Below the pieces are notes generated by a model, which was not told the DNA's origin, searched no databases, and saw only the letters and a list, made by a program, of their open reading frames with translations. This document shows, piece by piece, positions 61,040-64,000 of a stretch of 64,000 nucleotides of DNA. Position numbers and translations under genes: made by a program. Source of the stretch: Chiloscyllium plagiosum (taxonomy: Eukaryota); assembly GCF_004010195.1 (NCBI RefSeq), contig NC_057756.1:8786921-8850920 (forward strand), read 5' to 3'. The stretch's first letter is position 1; the number at the start of each line of letters is the position of its first letter.

Positions 61040-63900
61040 ACATAGAGTCATAGAGATGTACAGCATGAAGACAGACCATTCGGTCCAACCCGTCCATGCT
61101 GACCAGATAGCCCAACCCATTTTAGTCCCACCTGCCAGCACCCAGCACATATCCCTCCAAACACTTCCTATTCATACACACATCCAAATGCATTTCAAAT
61201 GTTGCAATTACACCTGCCTCCATCACTTCCTCTGCCAGCTCATTCCATACACGTACCACCCGCTGTGTGAAGAAGTTACCACTTAGGTCTCTTTTATATC
61301 TTTCTACTTTCAACCTGCACCTATGCCTTCTAGTTCTGGACTCTCCGAACTCAGGGAAAAGACTTTGTCTATTTATCCTATCTATGCCCCTCATAAATTT
61401 ATAAACCTCTATAAGGTTACCCCCCAGCCTCCGGCGCTCCAGGGAAAACAGCCACAGCCTGTTCAACCTCTCCTTATAGTTCAAATCCTCCAATCCTGGC
61501 AGAATTCTTGTAAAACTTTACTGAACCTTTTCAAGTTTCACGACATCTTTCCGAAAGGTAGGAGACCAGAATTGTATGCAATATCCCCAACAGTGGCCTA
61601 ACCAATTACCTGTACAGCCTCAACATGACCTCCCAACGCCTGTACTGAATATTCTGACGAATAAAGGAAAACATGACGAATGAGTTCTTCACTATTCTAT
61701 CTACCTGCAACTCCACTTTAAAGGAGCTATGAACCAGCACTCCAAGGCCTCTTTGCTCAGCAACACTCCCTAAAACCTTACCATTAAGTGTATAGGTCCT
61801 GCTAAAATTTGCTATCCCAAAATGCAGCATTTCTCATTTATCTGAATTAACCTCCAACTGCCACATCTCAACCCATTGGCTCATCTGGTCAAGATCCCGT
61901 TGTAATCTGAGGTAACCTTCTTTGCTGTCCACTACATCTCAAATTTTGATGTCATCTGCAAACTTACTAACTATCTCCCTTATGCCCGCATCCAAATTAT
62001 TTATATAAATGACAGAAAATAGAGGAACCAGCACCGATTCTTCTGGCACTCCACTGGTCACAGGCGTACAGTCTGGAAAACAACCCTCCACTACCACTCT
62101 CTGTATTCTACTTTTGAGCCAGTTCTGTATCCAAATGTCCAGTTCTTCCTGTATTCCATGAGGTCTAACCTTGCTAACAAGTCTCCCATGGGTACACTTG
62201 TCGAATTTCTTACGGAAGTCCATATAGATCATGTCCTCTGCTCTGCCCTCATCAATCCACGTTGTTACTTCTTCAAAAAACTCGATCAAGTTTGTGAGGC
62301 ATGATTTCCCACGCACAAAGCGACGTTGACGATCCTGAACGATTTCTTGCCTTTTTCAATACATGTACATCCTTTCCCTCAGGATTCCCTACAACAACAA
62401 GGGCGGCACGGTGGCTCAGTGGTTAGTATTGCTGCCTCACAGCACCAGGATCCCAGGTTAGATTCCATGCTCGGGTGACTTTCTGAGTGGTATTTACACA
62501 ATCTCTCCGTGTCTGCATGGGATTCCTCCAGGTGCCCCAGTCTCCTCCCACAGTCCAAAGATATGCAAGTCAGGTGAATTGGCCATGCTAAATTGCCACT
62601 AGCGTTAGGTAGTCAGACGGAAATGGGTCTGGGTTGGTAAGTCTTTGCAGGGTCGCTGTGGATTGCTTGGGCCAAAGGGCCTGTTTCCACACTGTAGGAA
62701 AAAAATCTAAAACCTTGCCACCCACTAACGTCAGGCTCACTGGTCTATAGTTCGCTGGCTTGTCCTTACCAACCTTCTTAACGTGGCGCCATGTTAACCA
62801 ACCTCCAGTCTTCCAGCACCTCACCTGTGACTATTGATGATACAAATATCTCAGCAAGCGGCCCAGCAATCGCTTCTCTAGCTTCACACCGAGTTCTAGA
62901 GTACACTTGATCAGATTCTGAGGATTTATCCAGCTTTATGCTTTAAAAGACATCCAGCTCTCCCTCCTCTGTAATATGGACAATTTTCAGGGTGTCACCA
63001 ATAATTTCCCTGCATTCTGAATCTGCTATATCCTTTTGCACAGTACACACTGATGCAAAATACTCGTTTATGATCGCTCCTATTTTCCGCGGCTCCAAAC
63101 AAAGGCTACCTTGCTGATCTTTGAGGGAACTTATTCTATCCCGAGTTACCCTTTTGTCCTTATTGTATTTGTAAAAACCCTTTGGATTCTCCTTAATTCT
63201 ATTTGCCATAGCTGTCTCATGTCCCCTTTTTACCCCCCTGATTTCCCTTGTAAGTGTATTCCTACTGCCCTGATACTATTCTAAGGATTCATTCGATCTA
63301 TCCTGATATATGCTTCCTTCTTTTTCTTAACCAAACCGTCAATTTCTTCAGTCATCCAACATTCCCTATACCTACCAGACTTTCCTTTCACCCTATCAGG
63401 AGAATACTTTCTCTGGACTCTCGTTATCTCATTTCTGCATGTTTCCTATTTTCCAGCCATACCCTGACCAGTGAACATCTGCCTCCAATTAGCTTTTGAA
63501 TGTTATCCCTCATACTGGCAATATTGACCTTTCTCCGATTTAGAACTTTACCTTTCAGATCCGCTCTATCCTTTTCAATCATTGTTTTAAATCTAATAGA
63601 AATATCGTCTCTGGCCCTAAAATGCTCCCCCACTGTCGCGACATCGCCTGTCCTGCCTTATTTTCCAAGAGTAGGTCAGGTTTTGCAACTTCTCGAGAAG
63701 GGACATCCACATATTGAATCAGAAAATGTTCTTGTACACATTTAACAAATGCCTCTCCATCTAAACCCTTAACACTATGACAGTCCCATTCTATGTTTGG
63801 AAAGTAAGAATCTCTTACCATAACCATCATGTTATTCTTACAGATCCCTGAGAGCTCCTTGAAGTTTGTTTCTCAATTTCCCTCTAACTATTATGGGGTC
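61040..63900 (-). mobile_element. CR1/HER1 LINE, long ORF2 fragment (endonuclease C-terminus to 3'UTR)
   Basis: Motifs SCLTNLIEFFEEVT, SGVP..SVL.P, KFADD, NRIKENPKGFYKY and FFTQRVVRVWNEL. Confidence 0.95.
62401..62710 (+). mobile_element. HE1-type SINE nested in CR1
   Basis: GGGCGGCACGGTGGCTCAGTGGTTAG head and GGCCTGTTTCCACACTGTAGG tail. Confidence 0.9.
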
Positions 63901-64000
63901 TATAATACAATAAGAATAGAGTGATCATCCCTTTGACCTTCAGGTAAACACAAAATGATGATGCTCAGGAGTCAGATAATCCACATTGTAATGTTAACAC

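Overview
Repeat-rich vertebrate genomic scaffold with five N-gaps. The HE1-type SINEs, HER1/CR1 LINEs, Penelope elements and a GPR139-like pseudogene point to a cartilaginous fish (shark). The main content is a small cluster of B7/butyrophilin-type IgV receptor genes. (1) An apparently complete + strand gene (~378-10932) has the structure leader / IgV1 / Pro-Thr linker / IgV2 / TM / cytoplasmic tail. All splice phases are compatible, and the two V exons differ almost only on the predicted C-C'-F-G ligand-binding face. (2) An inverted, 5'-truncated paralog (~22612-27050, - strand) lacks the V2 cassette, has a Glu in its TM, and creates a stop codon at its last splice junction. Together these resemble a paired-receptor layout. 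(3) There are further relics: a decayed IgV exon near 17.5-17.9 kb and a third intron copy near 40.8 kb. The rest is mostly transposon debris: CR1 LINEs, SINEs, an ERV-like 5' end with a tRNA-Ser PBS, a Gmr1-type Gypsy fragment with a nested solo LTR, Penelope elements with inverted arms and hammerhead cores, a Tigger-like MITE and minisatellites. All calls were made by eye, without database searches. Repeat boundaries are approximate.
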